From an uncultured bacterium (GTDB lineage: Bacteria > Desulfobacterota > DSM-4660 > Desulfatiglandales > JALVMZ01): a stretch of 64,000 nt of DNA. Below the pieces are notes generated by a model. That model was not told the DNA's origin. It was given only the letters and a program-made list of their open reading frames with translations, and searched no databases. Each line of letters starts with the position of its first letter. The stretch's first letter is position 1. Below are positions 63,154 to 64,000 of the stretch, piece after piece. The stretch covers positions 80,591 through 144,590 of the forward strand of contig CBFDUE010000001.1 of NCBI GenBank assembly GCA_965613025.1. The letters are read 5' to 3'. The position numbers were made by a program, and so were the translations under genes.

Positions 63154-64000
63154 CTATCTATATTTTGCGATTAGGGCCTTTATATCATCCACAATCTGCT
63201 TTGCAGGAAGCCCTTTTTTGCTCATCTTTTCAATCCAGCTATCCACAATGGGTTTAAGACGTGCATCCCACTTGGCCTTCTCTTCAGGACTCAGCTTAAT
63301 AACAGTTACTCCCTGAGTCTTTACTGACCAATCCATTGACTCATTTACATGTCTATCCATATACTCGCCTGTCCATCTGGCCTGCTCAACCCTCATATCA
63401 TCCATCACCTTCTGAACCTTCTTAGGAAGCTTATTCCAGGAGTCCCAATTCATTACCACTGCAAAGGGATAGACCACGGTGTCAGTAATGGTCACATATT
63501 TGCAAAGCTCTGCAAACTTAAAATCCTTCATCACCTCCAAGGAGGAAAATAGCCCTTTAACTACACCCTTCTGCAGTGCCTCAGGTGTAGCAGGCATAGG
63601 CATACCCACCTGATTTGCACCCCATGCCTTGAGGATCTGTGCAGCACCTCCAGATGCCCTAAGCGGCACACCCTTTATATCCGCAAGGGTTCTGATGGGG
63701 ATCTTACTCATGATATTGGAAGGTGCAGTGGTAAACATGGTGAGCACCTTTACCTTCTTAAATTCCTTAGGCTGATACTTTGCATACAGATCCCAAAGCA
63801 CCAAGCTTCCAACCGTGGCATTGGGGATTCCAAGGGGGAGACTCACTGCATTGGTTACCACAAATCTTCCAGGCTGATATGCCATACAGAGGCATCCAAT
63901 ATCAGCGGTCCCTGCAATAACTCCATCCATCATATTCTTTGCCTTAAGAAGGGTTCCACCAGGAAATGTGGCAATAGAGACCGCTCCACCTGTCCTCTTT
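63154..64000 (-). CDS. dctP: TRAP transporter substrate-binding protein (N-terminus beyond the window end)
   Basis: The frame stays open upstream of the track's Met 63933 (...KRTGGAVSIATFPGGTLLKAKNMMDGV...). DctP-like SBP pattern. Confidence 0.8.
   Translation of the reverse strand, partial: KRTGGAVSIATFPGGTLLKAKNMMDGVIAGTADIGCLCMAYQPGRFVVTNAVSLPLGIPNATVGSLVLWDLYAKYQPKEFKKVKVLTMFTTAPSNIMSKIPIRTLADIKGVPLRASGGAAQILKAWGANQVGMPMPATPEALQKGVVKGLFSSLEVMKDFKFAELCKYVTITDTVVYPFAVVMNWDSWNKLPKKVQKVMDDMRVEQARWTGEYMDRHVNESMDWSVKTQGVTVIKLSPEEKAKWDARLKPIVDSWIEKMSKKGLPAKQIVDDIKALIAKYR

Overview
This is a 64-kb bacterial chromosomal window. It looks AT-rich by eye (not computed), and its gene content is typical of a strict anaerobe: tungsten AOR, bis-MGD enzyme, B12-radical SAM, UbiD/UbiX and a split Pps-like kinase. 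(i) 1-21.3 kb is housekeeping. It holds thiC (partial)-thiD, a CHASE2 class III cyclase, metG-PSP1-holB, a GAF/HD-GYP protein, an HD protein, a 343-aa orphan and pcm. It then holds the conserved string ffh-rpsP-KH-rimM-trmD-SPOUT-rplS-rnhB-yraN-rsmI-ptsH-ptsI-smpB-ssrA (tmRNA). (ii) 21.4-42.3 kb starts directly after ssrA and is a regulator-dense accessory cluster of aryl-compound type. It encodes an EntE/AliA-like CoA ligase plus UbiD, and three paralogous LysR genes. It also encodes two UPF0261 (Tm-1-like ATP-binding) genes, a cytoplasmic acetylene-hydratase-like bis-MGD enzyme and a split PpsA/PpsB-like phosphotransferase. These are followed by UPF0261, a stand-alone receiver domain and UbiX, then an IclR gene, an HdrC-like/Zn-ribbon/AOR/polyferredoxin operon and a purC-like gene. 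(iii) 42.3-48.8 kb is housekeeping again: NUDIX, TauE, Rho_N protein and ispD-hemC-cobA/hemD. (iv) 48.8-64 kb is an acyl-CoA/aryl-acid block. It contains an AMACR-like CoA transferase/racemase, a B12-rSAM protein and an aconitase-family protein. A minus-strand operon follows with TRAP dctPQM, a PaaK-like ligase, a three-subunit XDH/CODH-family molybdoenzyme, an embedded ParE/RelE toxin-antitoxin pair and an HAD-ECH fusion. Six copies of a modular intergenic element are superimposed on this map. The element has terminal inverted repeats, and four copies carry flanking direct repeats, so it looks like a MITE. One copy carries a nested second repeat type, one split a GTGA-coupled gene junction, and one rewrote a gene's C-terminus. 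I saw no rRNA, tRNA, CRISPR array, transposase or integrase. All calls come from reading the sequence and ORF translations and from remembered family motifs; no searches or computations were run.
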